Assembly (NCBI GenBank): GCA_973895155.1
Contig: OZ316891.1
Span: 3,361,801 to 3,425,800, forward strand
Direction: 5' to 3'
DNA length: 64,000 nucleotides
Source: Marsupella aquatica
Lineage: Eukaryota > Plantae > Marchantiophyta
Shown here: piece after piece, positions 32,037 through 43,313 of the stretch
Numbering within the stretch: position 1 is the first letter of the stretch
Layout: every line of letters starts with the position of its first letter
Notes under the pieces: generated by a model
The model's input: the letters and a program-made list of their open reading frames with translations, nothing else
What the model was told of the DNA's origin: nothing
Databases searched by the model: none
Position numbers and translations under genes: made by a program

Positions 32037-33859
32037 ATTCAAGGAGACGAGTCCCTGGAACAGCATTAACTGTACCTCAGGACTCCCCCACAGCCTACCG
32101 GAAGGAGCACCCTGAGTTTTCCCCTTTTTGCACTCATCTCTTTTCAGGCCATGACCTTACACTAGCTGCCCCTGGCTCCCTCTCAATTAGAGACTTAACT
32201 TAATTCAACATTCTTATCCCCTCTTGTGTAGTGCCTTTTTCCTTTGCGTCTGTTGGTGGAAGTGTTTGTTTAAATTTATTGGGTTCCATGGAGGCAATCT
32301 TTTGAAAGTAGCTGACATTCTATTTAAATTTCTTGAACTCCATGGAGAGTTCCCAGGTATTATCCCGGTTTTGGAAAAATAAATTAAATAATTCTTGGAC
32401 TCCATGGAGGCAATCGTTTGACAGTAGCTGACACATTTTGACCTGCTTTGCAAAGTCCGGCCATAGTCTAGTTGTAGTCATTGATTTATGAGGGGTTGAT
32501 TATTTAGTGGAAGATCACCTGAGCTCAACCTCTTGCCACTAAATTCTTCCTCAGTTCATCCTTGTATTCCACGCCTTCCAGATGGGTAACAAATGCATTC
32601 ATGCCTAGCTTGTAATTGTGCCTAACTTTGTAACCTCTATGGGAGCCTGAGCACTTTGAGTCTGTAATCATGCATTTTTGAGACCATACTTATATTTCAG
32701 ATGTAAGATACAAGGGGGTTGAAACCAAAATGATCTATCAAATTCAAAAAAAATGGAGATAATCATTTCAGATGTAAACTACAGTAGTCATACTTACTGC
32801 TCAAGCCTTAGAATAAAGAAAAATGGCGACCCATTTGTTTTTCTTTTTAATTCTAATGAATGGAGATGATATACTAATGTATCCAATTTAAAAAACATTT
32901 GGCTGATAAAGTGCTCAAGAAAGAATCAAAGTTATAACCATCAGTAAATTCGTACCCTTGTGGACGTTTGTAAAAATCTACAGTACTACTGTGGAGAAAT
33001 TCAGGAAGTATTAAAGAAATGAATATATCAGAAAATCAAAATTGCTATTATATTCATCATTACACTGACTTTCAAAAAGAGAAATTGTTTCAAAATCCAA
33101 TTTGATGATTGAATTGAAAATTGGTTTTCCTAGGGAGTTGGTTCTACAATAGTTTAGCCGTATAAGTAGGTGATAATTTTTAATTTTCTCATTTTTTCAG
33201 GTTTTGGGATTAGCAATTGTGTATGTTCTTTTGAGTTTAGTGTTTGTGCTCCCTTGAAATACTAAAGTTACAAAGTTAGGCACAATTACAAGTTAGACAT
33301 GAATGCATTTGTTACCCATCTGGAAGGTGTGGAATACAACGATGAACTGAGGAAGAATTTAGTATCAAGAGTTTGAAGTCAGGTGATCTTGCACTGAATA
33401 ATCAACCCCTCATAAATCAAAGACTAAAAGACTGGGGCCGGACTTTGCAAAACGGGTCAAAATGTGTCAGCTACTGTCAAACAATTGCCTCCATGGAGTC
33501 CAAGAATTTTTTTATTTTTTTTCAAAACCAGGACAATACCCGGGAACTCTCCATGGAGTCCAAAAGATTTAAATAGAATGTCAGCTATTGTCAAAAGATC
33601 GCCTCCATGGAGTCCAATAAATTTAAACAAACACTCCCACAAACACATGCAAGGGAAAAAGACACTACACAAGAGGGGATAAGAATGTTGAATTAAGTTA
33701 AGTTTCTAATTGAGAGGGAGCCCGGGGAAGCGAGAGTAAGGTCATGGCCTGAAAAGAGATAGGTGCAAAAAGGGGAAAACTCAGGGCGTTCCTTCCGGTA
33801 GGTTGTGGGGAAGTCCCGAGGTACACTTAATGCTGTTCCAGGGACTCGTCTCCTTGAAT
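32037..33859. mobile_element. Foldback/MULE-like element with ~600-bp inverted arms
   Basis: Arm 32037-32634 is the reverse complement of 33267-33859. The terminal 33 nt are identical, with 8 mismatches in the first ~110 nt. The spacer is ~630 bp and AT-rich. Flanking direct repeat AACCTGAG at 32029-32036 and 33860-33867, extendable to 10 bp (ATAACCTGAG). Confidence 0.9.
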
Positions 33860-34070
33860 AACCTGAGGCTAGCTGACTGGCAACATATCTTGTGCTTGGT
33901 ATTTATTTGAACAACCAGATCTAGAGAGCCAAAGCAAAGAGCCGTGTGTTGTACACTCTTGCAGACTGAGTGATTGGTCTATTGCACAGATTGACTAGTG
34001 TTGAGAGATTTGGTCACCTAGCCTCTCTGGTCTTCTTGAACATTTCTGTATCTATTTCTTTATGAAAATA

Positions 34071-35070
34071 CTAGCTCGATACCCGTGCCTTGCACAAAAG
34101 ATGTGGTGTCGCCCAAGATGTCATTAAGAAAAAAAAATGTCTTGTCGCCCAAGATTTTGTTAAGAAAAAAAATGTCCTGTCCCCTAAGATGTCTTTAAGA
34201 GAAAAGAACTAAGTTGTCTTGCCCATGATGTCGTTAAGAAAGAAAATGTTGTGTTGCCCAAGACGTCGTGAAGAAAGAAAATATTGTGTCGCCCAAGGGA
34301 TCATTAAGAAAAAAGATATTGTGTCACCCAAGATATCATTAAGAAAAAAGATGCCATGGCACCCAAAATGTACATATCAAAAAATGTATCGTGTCACCCA
34401 AGATGTCCTTAAGAAAAAAGCTATCAGTCAACCAAGACATTGTTTAGAAAAAGATGTTGTGGCACCCAAGATTTCCTTAAGAAAAGAGACATCATGTTGC
34501 CCAAGCTGTCCTTAAGAGAAAAGTTATCGTTAAATAAGTTGAAAAGATGTCGTTAAGACAAAAGTTGCACAAAAGATGGTGTGGTGAGAAAAAAATGTCA
34601 AGGTGAGAAAAAGAAGTTGAAGTGAGAAAATTAAATACATCAAGGAGAGAAAAGATACCGAGGTGAGAAACAGATGTTGAGGTGAGGAGAATATGTCAAC
34701 GTGAACAAAGATGTTGATGAAAATGAAGTTAAGCACAAAATATGTCAAAGAAAGAAAAGATGGCGATATGAGAAAATATGTTGAGGATGAGGGAAAGATG
34801 TTGTGGTGAAATAAAAATGTGAAGGTGAGAAAAAGGTCAGATGTCAAGGTGAAAACATATGTCAATTCAATGAGAAAAAGAGATGTTGAGTTTCAAGGCA
34901 AACTCGGGGGTCTCACTATATGGGGACCTCCCCATCACCTGTGATGGTTTTAGGCCTCAGACCCCCTAGAATGTAAGAAAACAATTTATTTTTAACCCCT
35001 ATAAAATTGGAATATCATAAAAATTGGATTAAAAAGACCCTAATGTTCTTATAAGTTGAATGATGGAGAT
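34071..35070 (-). mobile_element. Non-autonomous Helitron with internal A-rich minisatellites
   Basis: Minus strand ends gtgcaaggcacgggtatcgagCTAG|T, the canonical hairpin plus CTAG. Interior arrays of gtcgcccaagatgtcattaagaaaaa and aaagatgtcaaggtgag. The 5' boundary is approximate. Confidence 0.7.
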
Positions 35071-35631
35071 GGAACTCTTTCCTATGCAGTACAGGAAGCA
35101 CACCCTTCCTTGGGATTGCTTGCTTCTCCTTTCTCTTCCTCCTGGTAATCGGGCTCTCCTCGCGGATTGCTGCTCTCTGCTCTTGAGATTTGGCTTCTCA
35201 TACCCCGATGGCAGTAATGAGCACTACCCCAGAATGTGGGGGATGCTTTTGAATCTGTGACTGGAGGTCTAATTATCAAGGCAATATTATTGGGAACACA
35301 TACGGAAATTCTTGTCTTCTCGACTTCATCAATTTGTGCCACGTTCTCTCTACGGTGCAGGCATTCTCGGCCCATTGCCGCCTGGCCTGGACACTGGGGT
35401 TCTGAGCGGCCTATTTCAGAACGAATGCGCGAATCATCCTTGCTCTCCTTCTGATTATTGGTGGCTGGGGTGCCGGGCTGTATGCGAGGTGAAGTCCGGT
35501 TGGAATTGTATCGTTTGGGCTTTGCCTGTGCTGGCTGTTGTGGTTGCGGCGATGACTCGTTGGTAAGAAGGATTGATGCGGGGAACAGCGGGAATTGCAT
35601 CTTCGGATTTGGGTCCTGCGGAGATGGTGCA

Positions 35632-36175
35632 TTTTTTTTTTTGCCTCGAACCAAATGAATTCCATTCAAATAGCCAACATACAAAAAGGGGGGCCACTAA
35701 GAGCACCAACCCAGGGGACCGGAGGTCAGAGTGCAAAAACCGGTGGAGCCGGGACCAGGGAGGAAGCTGAGCCCATAAGGGGCAACTAAACAAGAAATTT
35801 AGGAACTACAGTCGGAGTAGTACACTCCTAAAGACCGGCCAGTGACCAGGTTCCGGCGGGGTTCCTGCCAGTGGATCCGTGCGGGAGCAAAGCTCCAAAC
35901 AGTCAGTCTGCAGTGCAACTTCCTAACCTGAACAACCAAAGTGACTCATGGTGGTCGTGGAGGTACTGGTGGGACTTGAAGGGATTCCTCATGGAGTTCC
36001 CAAAGGCCAGTCCAGGTGCCATAATGAAACGCCATCTCGTTGTGGGCCTCCCTTGAAGTGATCTTTCCAGCCTGGATGCGAACTTTGATCCGGCCCCAAT
36101 CACGATGTGCAGTTCTTGGGCGGTGGGGAGAGGGGTCGACTTTGTCCTCAGCAGGTTCCATGGGCGCGTTCAAAG
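35632..36175 (-). mobile_element. LINE 3' fragment (ORF2 C-terminus, 3'UTR, poly(A))
   Basis: The T11 run at 35632-35642 is the poly(A) tail after ...ttgaatggaattcatttggttcgaggc on the minus strand. The short ORF 35946..36173 (DWGRIK..F..TWTGLW) resembles a Trp-rich L1 ORF2 terminus. No TSD found. Confidence 0.5.
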
Positions 36176-36479
36176 TTTTTGTGTAGTTTGACCGGATCTT
36201 GGTTGGCTTAGATGACTCCTTGGCTGATAGCGGCCAGTTTTAGATTAGTTTGGGATTATGCCCTTTGGGTGCCTCCTTCTTTCAGGCATCTGGCCTTCTT
36301 TCGGGTTCTATTCTCTTCTCTGGGTGCGCTCCTTCTCTCAGCCCCCTTAATTGTTCTTTTTTTCCTCCGCCTCCCCCCCCCCACTCCTGGGCGGAGTTGT
36401 GGTGCTTTGTCCCTTTGAATAAAGTTCCCCGGGCTTGTCCCGTTTTAAAAATTTAAAAATTTAAAAAAAATTTAAAAAA
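36176..36479 (+). mobile_element. Probable non-LTR retroelement 3' end
   Basis: T/C-rich UTR-like tract, AATAAA at 36418, then gggcttgtcccgtttt and an A-rich tail at 36447-36479. Confidence 0.4.
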
Positions 36480-37288
36480 TAGTAATAAAAATGCCAAAGG
36501 CAAAGCAACCCAATAAAGATAAAAGGGAAACAAAGTACTAAAGGCAAAAGCAACCCAATAAAAGGAAACAGAGGGGGTTAAGCCTGGAGAAGACCCAAGC
36601 GGCCAACAAGCCAAGGAAGAACAAACGGGTTAAACAAGCTACAAAAGCAAAAGCAAAATAGGTCCAAAGAGTCCAAAGGCCCAACCTATAAAGAAGAAAC
36701 ACATGTAACTTATACATAGGATAGCGCACAACGATACTACGACAATAGTCTGTAAGACACAGAAAGTAGAAAATCTCGCCTGGACTAAACAATTTTACTG
36801 CCTGGACTTAAAAAAGGCTCGACGAAGTCGACTAGGCTCTGGAGGAGTGCACATTATCTTCTCTTCCAAATTTCTCCAAAGGCACTGACAATTGTTTTGC
36901 TAAATGCCATGATTTGCATCAGAGTGTTACTATTTGCCGGAGAAGTGTGAGCGAAAACTAGGAAGAGTAGAGTTGTAGGTCCTGCTAGCATAGCTAACAT
37001 CCTTAGTTGAGTGCTCGGCTCAATCAATTCAGATCCCTAACCTGAAGCATTCTTTAAATTAGTTATAGACTCTCTAGACTGATGACAATAGAAGCTTGAT
37101 TTCCATCTGTCTGATGATCGATTCCCGTTCTGGAACAAGAATTTGAAGTGGGTTTTACATCTTGTGAACGACAATAAGCATTTGTGGTGTAAGGTCGTTC
37201 TATCCTTTCTTACTAGAGTAGAGAAATTGCTCGACCTGGGTAGTGATTTCGTTCACAGATATGTTCAAGTTGTTCCAGGTCTAATAAT

Positions 37289-37367
37289 TCCACTGTCTAG
37301 AGAATTGGGGTACGCAGAATTGGGCTCCACTGTCTAGAGAATTGGACTCCACTGTCTAGAGAATTGG
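37289..37367. repeat. 3 x ~20-bp direct repeat upstream of the 2OGD start
   Basis: tccactgtctagagaattgg occurs three times, ~70-145 nt upstream of the ATG. Confidence 0.85.
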
Positions 37368-37432
37368 TCCCAATTGGAGAGCACGTCCAGCGGGATCAGA
37401 GGAGTTCGAACACACTGAATTCAGCTGTCATA

Positions 37433-39655
37433 ATGAGCAAAACAGATATGAAACTTGTTGTTAGTGAGCAAGCGATACCGGTCATTGACATGGCTGTGTT
37501 GGAGCTGGAAGATCGGCCAGCCAGCGGTCGCAAGGAGATGAGTGAGTACATGGCCCGGGCCTGTGAGACGTGGGGTTTTTTCCACCTAATTAATCACGGC
37601 ATCGATGCATCGCTGCTGGAGAAGGTCAAGGAGGTGTCGATAGGATTCTTCAAACAGCCAGTGGAGGAGAAGCTGAAATACAAGATAGGGCCTGGCGTCA
37701 TTGAAGGGTTTTACTCTCGCGATCTGACTGCTGTTGGTTCAAACAAGTTGACGCACTCTGTCGACCATCTTTTCTATCGCACTTGGCCACCTTCGATACA
37801 CAATTTCGTCCCACGGCCCCTCAATCCACCTACCTATAGGTAAGCGAGCTCAGTACTTGTATAATTCCGTGGGAATAATTGCCCTATGTTCACGACATGC
37901 CATATAATCTGCCGAGTCTACAATTAAGCAGCTCTGCAATTTCAATTCGATTCTCGAAAATTCTAGATGAAGTGAATCCTACATGTGTGGCTTAGGTGGT
38001 TGTAGTCTGTAAGTAAATCATGCATCTCGTTAAGGCCGACCGGCTTCCCTGCTGGGGAGAAAGCTGCTTTGGTTGCCTTCGCCTTTCACAAATTCGGAAC
38101 CTGATACGCACTCCCCCTGATAAGTAGGCCTAGATGGTTGTTCTCTATCAGCATAATCGGATTTGCTGCTGATACATCTCGGTGATATTGAGTATCCGAG
38201 AGCGAGATATTAGTACGCTTTCTCCAGCATCCAGAACAGCAGGATGCGTTGTTTCTAATCCAGACCAGCTGCGTTCAGCACTAGTGCAAAATGTCTCCAA
38301 TTGGGTTACTATTGCAGGCTACTGTGCTGGATACCTAGCCTGAAAGAGGAAGAACAGATTCTTTAAAGGAAGTTTCAGTCTTAAGCGAATAGGAGTTCAC
38401 AGATGTTTGAAGAGGGAAGGCCAGAATTCAAGAATTATGCAGCCGACCAAGAACATTGTATTTGCAACTGAACAGTGGATGCATGCCTGACAATGGCCTG
38501 CAGAGAGACAGTGGCTGAGTATGCAAGGCAGACCCGATCACTCGCAGAGAAGCTGATGGGCATACTTTCGGAGGAGCTAGGCCTGGAGAGGGGAGCGTTG
38601 GAAGGAAGATTGGCAGGTGGCCCTGCTGGAGAAACGGTACAGTCTATCCGCACCAACTACTATACTCCGATAAAAGAAGCCGAGGAGGACCCGAACGAGT
38701 CAGATGATTTGTGCTTACTGGATCCTCATACGGATCCCGGGGCCCTCACTGTACTCCTCCAGAACGATGTGGCTGGCTTTGAAGTCAAGAAGGACGGATT
38801 GTGGGCGAGAGTGGACCCCATTGCCAATGCATTCGTTGTCAACATTGGCGATCAAGTTGAGGTAACGCCCATATTAAGTGTTCTGGCCACTAGGAGGGTT
38901 TAGTATCCGAGCCATCCAAACGGATTGAATAGAATTACTTTGAATCGAACCGAACACAAGTTTTAGTTCGCAGGCCCCAACAAAGGAAACGTATGAGAAT
39001 TGTGTATGAGAATCATTTACACTGGGAATTTTCTGATCAGAACTTTAGTCCTGCCCCGTCAAATGTCCCGACAGGCACTCCACAACTCTCCGAGGAAGCC
39101 TTGAACATATGAATCACTACCGGCTATGAGTATACAGCTCGTGTTATTAAGGCATTTTCTTTCTTGTGCTAGTGCGCATGAGAATCTACATCAGGATTAA
39201 GAAGACCAGGAATAGTACTGTAGTCATGTCTGTTCCGGGAATTCAAAACTCGTTCTCTCAACTAAGGAAATCCGGTAGATCCGGAAAGCCCTTCAGATGT
39301 CACAGCCCATCTCCAAAGAAGTGTATCAGGTGTCTTTGCTAGTGAAAGAAATCCGAGACGTTACTTAAACCTTTGGTGTGGCTGTTTTTGGCAGATCTTG
39401 AGCAACGGCAGATACAAAAGTATTGAGCATAGAGGAAATGCTCACCGGACTAAGGAACGGTTGTCGCTAGCAACATTCTTAGGTCCCGCCCTGGAGGCTG
39501 TGATCGGTCCCATCGAGGAACTGGTCGACTCTGCTCACCCAGCACTATACAGAAGCATAAAATTTCAAGATTACTTCATAAATTTCGTCGTTCGAGGTCT
39601 CAATGGAAGGGACCATCTAAGAGCTGCAGGTGCGGAAGAAGAAAGCTCTCATTGA
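37433..39655 (+). CDS. 2-oxoglutarate/Fe(II)-dependent dioxygenase (DOXC class; DIOX_N + 2OG-FeII_Oxy), ~341 aa, 3 exons
   Basis: Exons 37433-37839, 38504-38861 and 39395-39655 (1026 nt, in frame, GT-AG). Motifs IPVID, ACETWGFFHLINHGI, Fe triad HTD...H (EHR), 2OG-binding RLS, and NIGDQ.E|ILSNGRYKS. Confidence 0.93.
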
Positions 39656-41861
39656 GCCCGCGGTAGTTTTGCTGCACCTTGTATGCCGACATACAATTCC
39701 TCTGTTATCCTAATGTTCAACTTTGCTAAGCGTGCGAACGGTTTCAAGCGAAGGTTCCTGTGACAGAACGCTTTGTCGTTTCTCTCTGATCGACTGCTAT
39801 CGTTTCCTGTGTTTTCTCTACTCGACAATTGACTGATATAAATTGCCGCGGGTGTATATCTGTGCACTTACCACGTGTCGTTTTGTCAAGAGTTCAGCGT
39901 TGCAGCTGTTAGCAGCTTTCTTGTGAAATCAAAATGTCTCGTTGGCCTGTTGTGATGGGAGGACTTACGAGAATCTTTCCCTCCCCCGCACTGTGTATCG
40001 AGAACGTTCCTGAAAGAGAATACGAATTCCCTCAGGTAAAGGACACACAACGATGTCAATCTGTACACAATTTCTTCTCAATCAATTGATGTGTGTTCAG
40101 TTTGTTTCCCTTTGTTCGCTCCAAAAAGATCGATCACAGTTTCTGACCAGAACGTTACGCTTTTTACTCGAGTAATGACGATAGAACTCATTGGAAGAAT
40201 GGATGCCATGAGACCAAGAACGGTCAACAAGAGCTGGCCTCACGTTCCGAAGAGACAGTGCCTGGGAGGAGTCAACAATGGTACTGTCGATTTCTTCATA
40301 TGCCTATGTAAGAAATCTAGCTATCTTCAGAGAATTTTATGCCGTTGGGTTTACGCGAGTCTACAGTCTTCCTATGCCTAAGTAAGAAATCAAGATATCT
40401 TCAGGGAACCTTATACGTGTCTGCGAAGGCAAAGCTCTCTATTAACTCCCGTGAAGGGGCCATTAAGAAATCTACCATTCTTGAGAGAAAGACCTTCATT
40501 ACCTGCCTGTAAGGTGCATCCACTTCTGGCATTCATCTCAGGAAGCATTCATCTCAGGAAAAGCGTGCATGATACAGAAATCATATAGTTCAATTTTGAT
40601 GAGGGGAACTCACTGTCTATGCTTATTATCTATTTCTCTTATTCAACCGTAACAAGGGGAATTGCCCAACCCATGTTCACATAATCGCACCACATCCAGA
40701 ATTTCGATGCCCACTTTGCAAGTTCTGTTTACATTCATGAACTGTATTTAGCTTTTAGCCGTAAGCGTCTGCAGAGCTGAAACCCAGTCTTTGGCTAGCT
40801 TCAGGGCGAAAGAATCTCTTTGCAACACTTAGCATTGTGCTCCTTTAAAGTCAACCGAGTACAGCAGAGTGGAATACCAAGTAGTACAACCTGATCTCCT
40901 GTTCTAAATATAAACTCCTCAAACTCCTCTTAGAGGTACTGTACACTCTTAGAATCACTGTACACTAAAGAGCTTCGAATTCTCAAAGTCTAAGAAAATC
41001 TCCAAACAAATGCAATCCAAATCGTTTCCACAGGTGGAAATGGAGACCCACCAAAGAACAAGGATGGACTGGTTCAAGTGAGGAGTTCAGAGTTTGGTGG
41101 TATTTCCTGGCCAAACATTCAGACGACTTTACTCCGGTCATTTAGAGTGAGTAGTCTCAAAGTGAATAGCCACCAACCACCGACTAAGTTATGCGTTTCC
41201 TTGGAAGAGCCACGTCTTTTAGAAGTTGCTCTTTACTCTACAAAGCCCATGTAGAATAAAATCAGCTTGCTCATCCGCAACGAAATTCAATCTGACGGCA
41301 AACGTTGTCGGGAAATATCTCCACCCCAAGTAACAATTGGGACTTTGTCAACTGAAAGAAAAGCCCGAAGAATCGTCGTATGTATGAAATTCCAATCCCA
41401 AACATGCTTGCCGCTGGCCAACAAGGCTAGAATGAATAAGACAGAAATTCGGGAGACAAAGTTGTTTTTCTCTTCATTGATTGCACTTGATCGTTATTGC
41501 GGGCTTCGAATGTCACAACATGGGCCGGGAGGCAGACGGGCTATACAATGAATGCATCTCCGGAAGTATGAACTCAATGAAGTTAGCAGCAACCCAGCCC
41601 CTTCGTGGCGTAAGTTGGAGAGCTGCATATCGGCAAGAAATAAAACTGTCCCAGGAATGGACTTAGATCAAGCCTCACAGGAGCATATCAACCCGAGCAA
41701 GCATTCCTCCTCACGAGCTAGAGCCGAAATCACAGGTCACTAGCATAGAGCAAATACGCCTCATCCATCGTTTGGAGGCCAATGTTTTCATCCATCGTTT
41801 GGAGGCCAATGTTTCTGGGTTAGACGGCGAGGGACTCAATAGTCGTTCCACTAGCCCATAC

Positions 41862-43313
41862 TCAAGACTCAACACCGACAGTGGTTGCAAAGCTGCTGAG
41901 AGCTATGTTGAAAGCTTGGAAGGCGGACAGAGGGCACCGAAACTCGAGGGCGTACAGCCCTTTCCCGATTTTTCCCAGCTGCATGACCACCGTTTGCTGT
42001 TGTTGACGGTGGCGATGATCGTTGTCTTTACTCTCTAGTGACGCGCTTGGCTTCTTCTTCTCATCAGCAACAGTAGGCATGAGAAGCTGGAAATTGTGCA
42101 TGGAGGGGAGAGTTGCCCGTCCCTTAAAGTCCAGAGACCAGCAACGCCTCTGCACGTCCCACTCTGGAATTGTGCCGGTGAACATGGCCACTTTCTGGCC
42201 TCCATTCTTCAGCAGCCCAGGCACACCGCGAAGCTTCACTTTACTCTGGAGGTGCTGCCTGTAATCAATATCGATGGAAGGAGGAGGATCCATCACTTTC
42301 TCTTCCATAACTTTCTCTTCCATCTTGGTCTTCAATATCTCCTCTTTCAAGCTCAAATATCCTCTAGACCTACCACTCGCAGTCGACCGGATCGATCTAT
42401 TGAGACTGGACATGCAGCTCCATTTCCACAAGCTCTTGGCTGTAAGGCCGGGGGGAAAGCAAGCATTCATTCCGTGGTGCTGGTGGGACGTCATTGCTGG
42501 GCAACATCTCATCCGAGACGATGAAGCTCGAGACATCCGAGGAGCCCTCACCACACAAGTCATCTTCCGCTTCCTGACGCCGTCCACAACCTCTTCTGCG
42601 AATCTCACAAACGTCACTGGCCTTGCCTTGCTGTCATTCTTATTAAGACTACTCGGTCCACCAGAGTTTTGGAAGTCCCAGAGTACAAACGCAGTACCCC
42701 AGAAGTTGGACCGTAATTTCCCCATAAATCCCACTGATTTGGGTGAAAAGGCCCTATTGTTGCGGTTGGAGCTGAGGATGAACATTATGTGCCCAGGTCT
42801 CCAGCGCTTACAGGCCCCCATCAAGAAATTACTCTTGCTTTCTCGGAGTTCTTGGCCGGATCCGCAATCACTCTGGTAAAGAAAGAACTGGCCACCTCTC
42901 CGTCTCAACACACACTGCATTGGTTTGTCAATAGGACCCGCTTCTCGGAGAGACCTGGGGAACTGGAGAAGGCTTGATGAGGAGAAGGGGTTCGCAGCGA
43001 GGAAATTTTGAATTGCTAGACGCCAGCTCCGACAGACCCCAGCCATTGCCACGATTCTCCGCATCTCATCATTGTCCTCCTCCGCTCGCTCCTGCACTTT
43101 CTTGATCACAAGCAGCAAGATCTCGGAGGATATGTTTGCCCAATCCTCCCACCCACCTCCACCGTGGCCATTCCCGGTTCGGTGAGACGAGATCCGACTA
43201 CATCCCATACGACCACCTTGGATTTCCTCCACTCGGTCCGATGGGATCCCATCACACAAAAGGTGCTCCCTCATGGCAGATGAGTGTTCCGACGATTCTC
43301 CATACACCCCCAT
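41862..43313 (-). CDS. TLP: Tubby-like F-box protein (divergent), 483 aa, intronless CDS
   Basis: F-box WANISSEILLLVI...VAMAGVCRSWR. Tubby motifs FPRSLREAGP..PMQC, MGKLRSNFWGT.F, PEW....CWSLDFKGRAT.PS.HNFQL and QLGKIG...PLSAFQAF.IALSSF. A splice-acceptor-like ctcttag lies immediately before the ATG. Confidence 0.9.
   Translation of the reverse strand: MGVYGESSEHSSAMREHLLCDGIPSDRVEEIQGGRMGCSRISSHRTGNGHGGGGWEDWANISSEILLLVIKKVQERAEEDNDEMRRIVAMAGVCRSWRLAIQNFLAANPFSSSSLLQFPRSLREAGPIDKPMQCVLRRRGGQFFLYQSDCGSGQELRESKSNFLMGACKRWRPGHIMFILSSNRNNRAFSPKSVGFMGKLRSNFWGTAFVLWDFQNSGGPSSLNKNDSKARPVTFVRFAEEVVDGVRKRKMTCVVRAPRMSRASSSRMRCCPAMTSHQHHGMNACFPPGLTAKSLWKWSCMSSLNRSIRSTASGRSRGYLSLKEEILKTKMEEKVMEEKVMDPPPSIDIDYRQHLQSKVKLRGVPGLLKNGGQKVAMFTGTIPEWDVQRRCWSLDFKGRATLPSMHNFQLLMPTVADEKKKPSASLESKDNDHRHRQQQQTVVMQLGKIGKGLYALEFRCPLSAFQAFNIALSSFATTVGVES

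Noticed and set aside
32214-33682. Paired similar ORFs (SKCVSYCQTIASMESKN) as a duplicated gene
   Set aside because: They arise from the two arms of the inverted repeat. They are short, their frames are not conserved between arms, and they contain no domain.
34219-34865. Lys-rich and Phe-rich ORFs
   Set aside because: Translations of the A-rich minisatellite inside the Helitron.
42022-42977. Plus-strand ORFs of up to 201 aa
   Set aside because: Antisense to the Tubby CDS, with no independent motif.
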